NCBI GenBank assembly: GCA_041657955.1
Contig: JBBABA010000007.1
Coordinates: forward strand, 27,117-91,116
Reading direction: 5' to 3'
DNA length: 64,000 nucleotides
Source: Thermoplasmata archaeon
GTDB taxonomy: Archaea > Thermoplasmatota > JASEFT01 > JBBABA01
Part shown: positions 28,801 to 29,922 of the stretch, piece by piece
Layout: each line of letters starts with the position of its first letter
Position numbering within the stretch: the stretch's first letter is position 1
The notes under the pieces: model-generated
The model's input: the letters and a program-made list of their open reading frames with translations, nothing else
Told to the model about the DNA's origin: nothing
Database searches by the model: none
Program-made: the position numbers and the translations under genes

Positions 28801-29906
28801 CATCAAGAAAGGCAAAATTGGATTACGGAGACATACGATTTACAACTTCAACAGGCGTACCCTTGAGTTATTGGCAACAAGGAGAAAATAAGTTCTGGAT
28901 AAATATGACTTCACTGCCGGCAGGCACTACGATGATATATGCCTATTACGGAAATCCAAGCGCTACGAATGCTGGCAATGGAAATAATGTGTTTATGTTC
29001 TTTGATGACTTCAATGGCGGAGCTATAGACACAAACAAATGGCAATGCAGCAGCATCGGTACATATCAATTTATAGAAAACGGTATGCTAAAGGTGACTG
29101 GTGGCGCTAGTGCATGGACCGACGGAATGTACACAAAACTAACATTCCCACGCGATAATTGGCTGGTAGAATCGGATTATAAGTCAGTAGGCGGAACCTA
29201 TGCGATGTGGGGTGTAAATCAGGCAAACCCTCCAGATTATTATTACGCCAGATACCCATACAACTTTTACCCATACAGCACCACACTTACCATATACGAA
29301 AACGGTGGAAATTACGCTTCAAATATAGGCACCTTCAACGAAAATGTGTGGAACAAACTCAGAATAATGGTGAAAGCGAGTATTGGAGGAGTATATTATA
29401 TTAGTACCGATTGTGGCGCTACTTGGGGCCTGTGTAGGGATTCTGGTTTGGATTCGACCACGCCACTCAGAATAGGATATGCAGGACATAGCCGAGCATT
29501 CTATATCGACAATTGGTTCATACGCAAATACACAACAACTGAGCCGACTTATTTAATTGGTGGAGAAGAAGTCTGTACCGCATACCAGTCTTCCGGAAAT
29601 CTCACCTCGATGAAATATGATGCAGGCAGCGCAGTTAATTTGAGTAAAATATATTGGACTGCAACAACACCAGTCGGAACAACTATAAAAGTCCAGATAA
29701 GGAGCTCGGCAACAGAAGCAGGATTGGATAGTGCAACATGGTACGGGCCAACAGGCACGGAAGATAATTATACAACCAGTGGAGTGACTATTAATTCCAT
29801 CCATAATGGCGATAGGTGGATGCAGTATAAAATATATCTAGAAACCACAGATACAGCACAGACACCAATATTGAGTGAGATAAGAATAACATACATCAAA
29901 CAATGA
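4836..29906 (+). CDS. Giant extracellular multi-domain protein, 8,356 aa (putative adhesin / glycan-binding surface fibre)
   Basis: Single ORF with no in-frame stop over 25,071 nt. It has one N-terminal hydrophobic helix and no C-terminal anchor (ends ...ILSEIRITYIKQ). Domain motifs are listed as sub-features below. An alternative in-frame GTG at 4851 is preceded by the G-run gtggggg (4838-4844). Confidence 0.85.
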   Translation: MWGFSVKKKGAIGLGYIYTFILSAVFLVAITITISTILTDMSKQSIKLQFQDVANKIANEIEEALIASSKNPGSEYEKRIELPRRIAGVEYTIEARNKTVYINSTENIRDVGLIKVSASLTGFAAENATYIKTINSKALSDAGYVWIKYTYDPTTKRGVIKVTDNRPVKTHLEIQVSSNQTAGTPFEVIVRARDENNEFNVDSYSQNVMLALEGGSKYSNDSGVQRGVYLPVEYHKFTEADNGQYSFVVTAYTAETITRFIAYDDGNPLLKVDSGPVRIRHAALFNFTIEGLPPSLTLVAGETFSVTITAKDKYTNIIDDYLGAINFITSDTKLTTVFPTSYKFTGNGTGKDNGIHKFDGIKLTSAGNQTLFIYGDGALISNYTIIVAPSELYGFFIGEKIVRWYSPWSNRKQITISGLYESGLQVKITVPYATGMQDDFDDLRFTTGDGVTPIPYWIESYTANTQATVWVKVPAFSSTATTNIYMYYGSPTVSSASSGTDVFEFFDDFNDNTADPSRWISTGTVTESGGYITVSSDSKIKSEKDFLENTTLEFKMKTELGDATNRLGYAGYNNDSSLNNVTFYDDDDSGTNINVGSEANGVWSAATGLGISDRTTAWQKYKIERRGQVGNRFYQNNALLIDKTTNVPTGKLWVEFKSIGAYNTYIDDVRVRKYVSPDPAIILGSVFTIGETAGGWYNPNPWTNRKQIAISGWYEPGLQVKITVPYATGMQSNFNDLMFTTDNGFTPIPHWIEESPVPNKQATAWVKIPQFSNTGTTIIYMYYGNPTVSSTGNGTDVFEFFDNFTGPAGAPPDANKWDITWGDIGIRSFNLTGTGELKGDNTAGALHSAALFSAPTILEVKVKTVSNAPNGQMTAGFSVYPPSTVNGFGFQDCPVSDYTRLDSVWSPLDSKKAATNYWHLIRISAKNSTVVNLYIENLSSNTTVYDADLSNIISSENITLGKRYDDMFGSEAYETRWDWVRIRKYTSVEPPVTFGGVPVGNVFSMKVTALDAFENIKTDYNGGVNITSTDTRSGVEAYVSINGGSQQYPSIYGDRIVWQDNRYGNSEIFVFDSRFGYTKRLTSNSGSVYDQFPKIYGDKVVWERNSGQDCDIYMYDLALDSNWDGKPNYFENLVDDYAIKPIIIGLGDQQRPSIYENNVVYQNHSGSNWEICVYNITTGITTTIISDTNQRSNPSIYGNKIVWQDKRNGNWDIYMNDTSTETIITSNPSSNEELPAIYGDIIVWQQTNGIGKYDILAYNLTSNEYIRITGDQVDKNEKNPQIYCDRVVWEDYRYEDSEIYSYNITTANEKRITSDPSAQEAPVVYGDKILWQDSRGGNYDIYYNISGTSFPMNYTFTVDSFYGEGKDNGVHVFTNFTLITTGIQTIKVRNETPEKITENVSDGINVVPSSLYRYAIETDTSVTAGKPFDVTITAYDAYNNVKTDFYGEVLTIDSANDDIATSTTLPKPFVNGKATLSVNLTKATEQTDNSITVRVNQILGTPHPNIDIESPSIGVVADVVSGLTVTGLQNTSVNSFSNIITIKTNDSYGNPSDVSEGITIDLQTTSGTGKFYDTSICFNNTANPGEKHELTTAMNLNNSRIYGDRIVWMENKGADWDIYVSTYSLPENTPTRLTTDSSDQKYPWIYGNKVVYQSNKNGNWDIYLYDLSTSIEQRITTNAYDQMYPVIYGDRIVWQDFRNTDAQGYHQWDIYMYHIPSDTEIQVTNDNSNQTYPKIWGDEIVYQNYTSYYWQIYNYTISSGIAKQITADPWNHTSATVTNTTYGHRIIAWVTEGKDVYGYNETNSTEFTITAHSNSEENISAYEDYIVYQNYTGEHWQIFRYNLSNSTWIQIINDNDNYDHTYPAVYESIVTWTGPIPITSVQIPIDDDSISFYYKDNATGQYTITASTSNGWAVTPPPITVTPAPVSQIVVSSSSTTTQAGTSQAIKIELKDAWGNPSNATVDTTLNVATDSNTGQFSLDNITWSDYTQSYSVNVPVNTSDVTIYYKDDGAGTPVISITGGSSTIDGKPVSWSGGTTQQTVVASIITSLSIDTSPQTIVAGIPSTPIIISTVDQFGNPCNVTKTNTYLQTTQLDFAIENGTTLTNIDANATYHSAGELWLAGTGAPKLFGGSDKDIVADDYFLSTYTTLIDTRNPINRTGVISYYNVSAQTAGACKLKIFRSVGVGSEINTMSILSTTLPSSRESTSAIWNGTGDTYIFGGFTGSSYLDAIVKFNSSTGTVTTLSSKLPSGRSGTSAIWDGTNVYIFGGYTGSYLDQIVKFNPSTGTVITLTATLPSGRSGTSAIWDGTNVYIFGGYNSDGNLDEIVKFNPGTETVTTLSAKLPSGRTNTSAVWDGTNTYIFGGYNDTSYYLDQIVKFNPSTETATTLSAKLPSGRTNTSAVWDGTNAYIFGGYTGSYLDQIVKFNPSTGTVTILTATLPSGRSGTSAIWDSACAYIFGGSGGGTNQIVTAMKIGSYELVGESDANNTIVGDNMFIVYWGGQPSPIPVRKGDFIGIYQETTQTKMKSSGGALKAKVGIDITTTTSADTWESYPYIMKVNATGTGVYFYSTGYITSTPFDTLSVSNFTTISWTSYVPTGTSLKLQIRTAESNESLQTAEWYGPTGTDSYYIVNGALNSIHNGSRWIQYNAIFESPGNFDTPILSDVTILFSYQNTTLNLSSTSQYGRFSLSNIEWVNVTSVNVTNMWPDSKTNVTIYYNDTLTGTPTITISSPSITGNYSQQETIIPAGISKTVFITPPTSSFIDEPSDVITIQTQDEYSNPKNVGSTTIFNLSSDSVGAYSFSLSKTSWNPITTVTILANTNTTNFYYKDPEQGNPTITVWEYPHNTPNDWINGTQSQIIMMPIWTQTTKTDWNNGTLEHVDVNTSEGDVLMANEFFLDVNTTGLWHFNESSGFVAYDSSGNNNNGSLYGNTTIDNCESTIGWSSNQYDFYSDFAGTTIDTNKFRYSGGPHAQNEILTTGSSSAAWGTNYFYSKQTFARIDGLTFQGRMQTGTAAQNTMFGWQTSTGTDYGTMPHAFYVPDANTIYYYENGGGTATGYSFTDGVWYDVKIVLKTAGAKYYYKLTTSDTWILVAETSTRTETSLTIGFDHHTGYCYMDNWAVGTAMSLNSGIKIEGSNGLNLLKISTTTSDSYYYKTISATNMNEKILNVSLYIKDSTALGKILRIQIYVADSSSYNWYVRKDIQPSALAIGWNNLSFDLATPSGTTGIPLLYATCLIRIDIDTNNNADTFAAGDIVMDLWRLPGSRWAEGKFKSGLSFDGVDDYADLSDTPFDFSSSFSIEAWVKTPVASSSNCILWKTNSYGIGYGNTGAGGIANQFGFHIYSGTAWTTANAGETVALNTWHHVVVVFNNDLDTIKIYVNGVEKGSASYTSVASNSAYNFHIGNYDFSPDGGYFNGTIDEVATYNRALTASEIYNNYLNSSKNKITSAIFDAGQTVYLSQISWNETVVNNTDIKTSVRTSMDGSSWSDWMPTVSTSSGSGINNGTNYTGYRYKKPINIINSGSALTDYQVLIQNPVYNESNLTGSWHFNEGTATYTPDSSGNLNDGTLNNGPFYADNGAWGKALNFDGNNDYISISSQPSLNPTSAITIEFWVNFDTLSNDDYLLWKINQYGIGYSINAAGFTLNKLNFAVMSGGAWKVVPSITTPTTGQWYHLVGTYNGTIQKFYINGVLDNSLSWSGTIDTNTNNIGIGAYATPGGYMDGSIDEVRIYSRALNQSEIGDLYNISTRKAKLDYSDVRFYSADGVELNYWQQGENKTWVKIPSLPTGTTTIYAYYGNPNVTSASNGNNVFMFFDDFTGSSIDTNKWQCSNYDTATKYQFVENNMLKVTGGTGSWNTGMYTKQTFARGKWLVEADLKPYSSTSHQLMWGVDKASPATYSYDQYPYNYYYYSSYIDVYEYSAQRVDNVEPFTLNIWAKLRINVKESSGATYYISNNGGLTWEQQYDSSTDSTTPLRIGYAGCDMGFYIDNWFIRKYASVEPTVSMGGEVLECVSSSASGYPPNVNQSMFNTSYPASGRYIQFKAELISTTNTTPVLSDVNITYSKKPVWTQTGKEDFAKGTLTNLDMNTTEGELKLYTWWNNGWHYRVKVIVNTGYASRINQTIKTRINFTAILSGLGDSGTIDQNSIRVINYRGEEVDSNVTRWIFAGDGMVKWKLRGYHEKETNYVYFIYFDITENGAKSAPTGYSLPNDYVLATHATVSGAGGAGGGIYIAHIDGNGNVINDALKWTKLSPPGNQDYTTLAMADLDNDGDYDFINCVEVSNLLQVHLNKGDETFVTSWSTTSFYSDWSSIVLGDFNEDGWMDFASFLDIGGDANSDFYVFLNNKDGSFTQKFVDAGAGWDARRAISGDFDNDNNIDVIFGSVNKGLEVFWGDGTGNFKGGGFVSDWSGDFHGMWAVDYDRDGYLDIFLRGNNNGKVIKNLGNRTFNYSAGATFLNTGIDWGGGNVFDLNNDGLTDIALGSWTSGGSQLFICYGNTANWFNNSVVFADLSTKDVVDQYFMEWGGPEYAKGLNITVGVANKSSNINGSIVSNILDAGQNVKWENISWSAEANAPTTLYYIKTRTSPDLVSWSNWSSIYTNPTRSPITSPNARYIQWKVELTTADPTMTPILKGVTLFYSLAFSDTTLPTITAVQANEITWDSRQVKWWTDEFANSTVRYGPSESYTDTIYQDNYTLEHGVPLTNLKVNRTYHYNISSSDYNGNVANTTDDTFVTNQFATWLQTTKDDFTAGTLDKIDINSSAGDVKVKSGETSGTITSQIYDTNDWATWKNVTSNISLPWTQTSKTDFGAGTLNNTDINSSAGDVKLNMDPSRGTGKDGALTVTAANTIVNIYTYTSADYAPGAAAIVVNSATGFSTGDEVLIIQLQGTNVGAYEFKTITVSGNTFTLNSTLTKNFYGSGSNRNNVIRVPHYTDVTVSGSGSITASAWDGTKGGVVVFRATGTVGVLASSSVVLGNQIDLKGSGCRVASSAGYYSNIAGNVWYMWDYGDTTPLYFPINLIDDQETSGSNAYYWMENEATSYIYIDLTYPRWLGKAEINNYNTGSDRGNTRYTIQYNPTYFDASKVPSDMGGSWVTVTASASSPYSNPGTMNAQTTGFVEFDAPVYTRYVRIYAERMTVTYLTLNEINLWEAAVPSIDASGKGYRGGSADGAAWSSTYAYTGESWNGVGARGPGVNQGGGGGSMIATGGAGAAHATNGLAGAYCHSSYNYTGTASTNQYGTTSLSTIYPGSGGGGGGDGYSGPNGSPANSWGRYDSSGTRGDGGAGGGIIMIFANTITVTGKIKADGGYGQPGYISQTNCIGAGGGGGGSGGSIYLLSSTISITGAGSITAVGGGGGSAYTSGYKYVVDGSWAQDPIGGNGGNGRIRLDYTTLTGATNPTAYIGPSPPSPPSPTGYIRSQVFDAGVVAQWDSINWTENLPTGTDITIQTSTSQDCISWTEWSSYTIATGEKITSPNARYIQWNATLTTTDSSKTPILSDVIVTMMLTNAVQSRTSPDNITWSDWTAIVNNQTSSPSGRCFQWRAQLTLSASGETPILHEVLVNYTYLTETDDPIISNVASSNIEATKATIMWDTNEFTNATLEYGPTISYGITINITTFKSGHSATLTGLTRNSVYHYKVKSYDYFGNDAVSGDYTFTTANTFDIYHTTKDDWASGNLSNVDINTTVGDVKLVLPNATGDLTSIIFDAGDKVYLSNVTWNKGTPTGIGGAGIIVQVRTSMDNITWSDWTTATSTSGFGPMNGSAPMSGKYFQYKANLTGNAVPNSGFENDWANWSTRDSWSSIALDDYYSGTRAARLNAVGRGAETDVYQNDAEVFGVSASTQYTLYAYVKQKAGTGNYKITIDWLTNAKAHISYSNDWTGTNKPQVWTLHTWTGTSPANAAYAKIILGAADGNEFLFDDVRFVGGNSSTTHILNDITIRGSYDTLTSMQTTKEDFNTGTKDNSNNTELAESGSLKLNERIGTTNLALGKPVLSSEGHYSGVAGGVWYTSGTIEYHTFNLVDGDKSTAYTAYWLEDNPSDTSNLYVDLLEKKWIGKIYLNEASQHGTTWSYRIYYNTNDWNGVWSTISSATWAMVDSADCQGSMNQNEVRSIYLNTPVYTRFINVTIVKISGDYAVLNEIEVYEYLKPNNTTYTSPVCDAGQQVVWDNINWKSTTSNWYSSSWTNRTVIRITNDGGTLTDYQIKLIVPYMSGMQTDFDDIRFTTDDGTVLIPYWIGNYTAGSNAVVWVRVPTISAFGTTTIYMYYGNSGIVSASGFDNTFAQPNSVNGLKLWLKADTIIGLTDGSAVTTWTDSSGNGNSVTQSTESKKPVYKTNILNGKPAVRFTAAASQTMTTSTNFPAPVTVIYVARLTGGANARMLSGLSNNWLLGFYGGTKNDVYFEGWVYDSTVTADTNWYIFSTVITGTGVNSKVYDGGTLFAANQAGITGPNGLSLSGHLAGSEFSNGEIVEVIVYNRSLSDIERQSIERILSAKYNLYLSAPVPYYAFDITPEWYNSAWSSRKPIIITNPSSLVTDIPVKIILPYQTGMQTNFNDIRFTTNDGKTEIPYWIENYTASTQITLWVKVPVLYAMTNSTIYAYYGNGAVGNVSSSVNVWGSGLAGFWRFNDGSGQIANDTSPNGNDGILGSTSGADANDPIWVDGKLGKALQFDGSNDYVETLESPSLAVTTQCTVEAWFRTTYSGQEKIVRLKGASDNGVEMEVSGTKKARVSAYLGSWVNVEYSAGPDLNDGNWHHIVCVVDGTSMKLYVDGTYINSGTGSANLNTGNAKVRIGLHPSGGLPFNGPIDEVKVYNRALTLDEIKAHYASYVVNPTSEWYSLSWYDYSWSQKKPVWVINSGSELTNYQVRITVNYESGMLGNFSDLRFTKNDGVTLIPYYIQNYTAGTQATVWVNISLLPASTNTMIYMYYGNPSAASASNGTNTFEFFDDFEDGSIADWGQASGAGGSVSTAFVKTGVYSLKQDTTTIYAELYRTFSANFITDRIFEAWTRTEDTTSPKQFQLEVVGGIYNNRMLVGFHTNGKFQWYNGASWVDTGVAYSINTWYFYRIVTHLGSPSTYDWYVYDTDMSLVLSSTNLGVQGTVASIGAFAFSDAGGITYYDNLRVRKYASIEPTVSFTAPTAYSPITIQTRTSADNIAWTDWTNATNNEKVASVPGRYIQWRSNLSSDMDISKTPILDYVEIKTKFAQDTAPLTISNIANSTTAATATITWGTNKFSNSVVEYGLTESYGSTTTVSDLALSHCVVVNGLIHNMTYHYKVTSYDAFGTYNTSTDYTFTTTDNLVWIQTTKNDFDTGTLYGADANTNPGDVLILNVPPLTFDVSNESQFIQQDAASGTDFVGGTVKLHYVDGGLGGNIASQATVTFDRGVGTPSGIVDGNKVTYCWDDTGGIDEGVILTFSSAKLVGRVVVYSHDTYSFRGAKLLVDGVEKSSTTATITSSSPWVINLSPYIYGTTFKVVRTNAAYDSTLSEIEIYEGSIIYPTSQSYYVTTSNINQINTSNWVSISGVSVLQTTPTNTLVKYLVSFDGRTTWNYWNGASWLTSTLANIDTNGMSKSTVEGINATQWTSSGGFQAGTTTTLDFAAALKTTDSAQTPSISQIVIFRPGILTSPIFDAGEPAYWTNVSWTETLPSGSDITIQTRVSNDSAWGNWSSPVSTASGSGLLNGSSPAVGRYIQYRVNLTATSSTPTLSDITIKGAFEPIWTQTGKEDFSSGTLNKTDVNTSAGDIMLSTTEKPAWFDSSWNYRKSINITSSSALTNYQVMLSNPVYNEGNLVGCWHFDEGSGQAAYDNSSNCNVGTLGSAVGADANDPTWADGKSGKALQFNGDDYVKLGYSPDWNFGTGNFAIVFWIKTTQTGQYPVLISRVSDEWGIYLRNGNIHFYTPTKGNVAFTSGTVNNGEWKHVAIVRSGTTLTMYVDCASQYSDGTWNDDLTATTELWVGYDGSNSYFNGMLDEVRIYKRALSIDEIQQQFNISSRKAKLDYGDIRFTTSTGVPLSYWQQGENKFWINMTSLPAGTTMIYAYYGNPSATNAGNGNNVFMFFDDFNGGAIDTNKWQCSSIGTYQFIENGMLKVTGGASAWTDGMYTKLTFPRDNWLVESDYKSVGGTYAMWGVNQANPPDYYYARYPYNFYPYSTTLTIYENGGNYASNIGTFNENVWNKLRIMVKASIGGVYYISTDCGATWGLCRDSGLDSTTPLRIGYAGHSRAFYIDNWFIRKYTTTEPTYLIGGEEVCTAYQSSGNLTSMKYDAGSAVNLSKIYWTATTPVGTTIKVQIRSSATEAGLDSATWYGPTGTEDNYTTSGVTINSIHNGDRWMQYKIYLETTDTAQTPILSEIRITYIKQ
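4866..4949 (+). other. N-terminal hydrophobic helix resembling an archaeal class III (type IV pilin-like) signal peptide
   Basis: (MWGFSV)KKKG-AIGLGYIYTFILSAVFLVAITITISTIL. A short basic head ending in K-G/A is followed by a ~28-residue hydrophobic stretch with a VAIT motif like pilin/archaellin N-termini. Confidence 0.45.
5340..6005 (+). other. Three Ig-like (bacterial Big/invasin-type) domains
   Basis: Recurrent motif TAGTPFEVIVRARDENNEF / VAGETFSVTITAKDKYTNIIDDY. Further copies lie at ~7800-7950, 8880-9520, 10460-11100 and 12850-13400. Confidence 0.5.
6042..7800 (+). other. Two tandem units of DUF2341 plus a ConA-like/glucanase-like domain
   Basis: WSNRKQITISG..GLQVKITVPYATGMQDDFDDLRFTTGDGVTPIPYWIESY..ATVWVKVP..TNIYMYYG, followed by VFEFFDDF...VRVRKY. 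The second copy starts ~6921. Confidence 0.6.
7960..8866 (+). repeat. Seven-blade beta-propeller (archaeal surface-protein 'IYGDRIVWQD' repeat type)
   Basis: Seven ~42-aa repeats: PSIYGDRIVWQDNRYGNSEIFVFD, PKIYGDKVVWERNSGQDCDIYMYD, ... VVYGDKILWQDSRGGNYDIYYN. Confidence 0.7.
9620..10455 (+). repeat. Second seven-blade beta-propeller of the same repeat type (more diverged)
   Basis: SRIYGDRIVWMENKGADWDIYV, WIYGNKVVYQSNKNGNWDIYLYD, VIYGDRIVWQDFRN...WDIYMYH, KIWGDEIVYQNY..., AYEDYIVYQNYTGEHWQIFRYN, AVYESIVTWTG. Confidence 0.65.
11430..12255 (+). repeat. Six Kelch-type blades, partly near-identical at DNA level
   Basis: LPSGRSGTSAIWDGTNVYIFGGY...LDQIVKFNPSTGTV..L occurs six times. A 69-nt block at 11577-11645 recurs at 11718-11786 (141-bp offset). 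Blades 3/4 and 2/5 also share long near-identical runs. Confidence 0.8.
14620..15150 (+). other. LamG / Laminin_G_3-type lectin-fold domain
   Basis: GKFKSGLSFDGVDDYADL...SIEAWVK...TWHHVVVVFNNDLDTIKIYVNGVEKG...FNGTIDEVATYNRALTASEI. Confidence 0.6.
15364..16858 (+). repeat. Composite module A: DUF2341 split by a nested LamG domain, plus a ConA-like domain (paralog of 28103-29570)
   Basis: YKKPINIINSGSALTDYQVLIQNPVYNESNL | LamG (GKALNFDGNNDYISI..WYHLVGTYNG..KFYINGV..DEVRIYSRAL) | YSDVRFYSADGVELNYWQQGENKTWVKIP..IYAYYGNP | FMFFDDF...YIDNWFIRKYASVEP. Confidence 0.6.
17560..18330 (+). repeat. FG-GAP/VCBS (integrin-alpha-like) repeat region
   Basis: Repeated Ca-binding-type loops: ADLDNDGDYDF, GDFNEDGWMDF, GDFDNDNNIDV, VDYDRDGYLDIF, DLNNDGLTDI. 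Confidence 0.7.
18766..19040 (+). other. Fn3-like domain (copy 1 of 3; others at 21541-21812 and 26446-26722)
   Basis: PTITAVQANEITWDSRQVKWWTDEFANSTVRYGPSESY...LTNLKVNRTYHYNISSSDYNGN. Copies 2 and 3 keep the pattern W.T(N/D)(E/K)F.N(A/S).(L/V)EYG...Y and YHYKV.SYD.FGN. Confidence 0.55.
19758..20286 (+). other. Discoidin (F5/8 type C)-like domain, apparently nested inside the Gly-rich beta-helix domain
   Basis: INLIDDQETS..YYWMENEATSYIYIDL..RWLGKAEINNYN...YTRYVRIYAE...LNEINLWE. Confidence 0.5.
20300..21005 (+). other. Glycine-rich repetitive segment (putative beta-helix)
   Basis: GKGYRGGSADG...GGGGGS...GSGGGGGGDGYSG...GDGGAGGGIIMIFANTITVTGKIKADGGYGQPG...GAGGGGGGSGGSIYLLSSTISITGAGSITAVGGGGGSA...GGNGGNGRIRLDY. 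The segment is locally GC-rich. Confidence 0.8.
22173..22610 (+). other. CBM4/9-like carbohydrate-binding module
   Basis: VPNSGFENDWANWS...YSGTRAARLNA...YTLYAYVKQ...ILGAADGNEFLFDDVRFVG. Confidence 0.45.
22783..23265 (+). other. Discoidin (F5/8 type C)-like domain, copy 2 (a third, weaker copy at 26935-27306)
   Basis: NLALGKPVLSSEGH...FNLVDGDKSTAYTAYWLEDNPSDTSNLYVDLLEKKWIGKIYLNE...YTRFINVTIVKISGDYAVLNEIEVYE. Copy 3 ends TLSEIEIYE. Confidence 0.5.
23375..25620 (+). repeat. Three intact DUF2341 domains alternating with two LamG-type domains
   Basis: DUF2341 copies at ~23375-23640, 24375-24635 and 25355-25620, e.g. WSSRKPIIITNPSS..PVKIILPYQTGMQTNFNDIRFTTNDGKTEIPYWIENY. LamG domains at ~23690-24310 and 24680-25300 (GKALQFDGSNDYVE...NWHHIVCVVDGTSMKLYVDG...DEVKVYNRAL). 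Confidence 0.6.
28103..29570 (+). repeat. Composite module B: DUF2341 split by a nested LamG, plus a ConA-like domain (paralog of 15364-16858)
   Basis: YRKSINITSSSALTNYQVMLSNPVYNEGNL | LamG | YGDIRFTTSTGVPLSYWQQGENKFWINMT..IYAYYGNP | FMFFDDF...YIDNWFIRKYTTTEP. Collinear with module A over ~480 aa. Confidence 0.6.
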
Positions 29907-29922
29907 GGTAGAGTGAGTAAAA

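Noticed and set aside
5040-29804. About 40 short ORFs overlapping the giant gene on both strands (e.g. 9732-10340, 24935-25291, 20277-20980)
   Set aside because: All lie within the uninterrupted 25-kb frame and have no recognisable motifs. Those at 20277-21069 are explained by the GC-rich Gly-codon run, which suppresses stops in other frames.
4836-29906. Giant ORF as a pseudogene or chimeric assembly artefact
   Set aside because: There are no in-frame stops over 25 kb in AT-rich DNA, which is very unlikely by chance. Domain boundaries are coherent and motifs intact. Repeat collapse in the Kelch region remains possible and is flagged separately.
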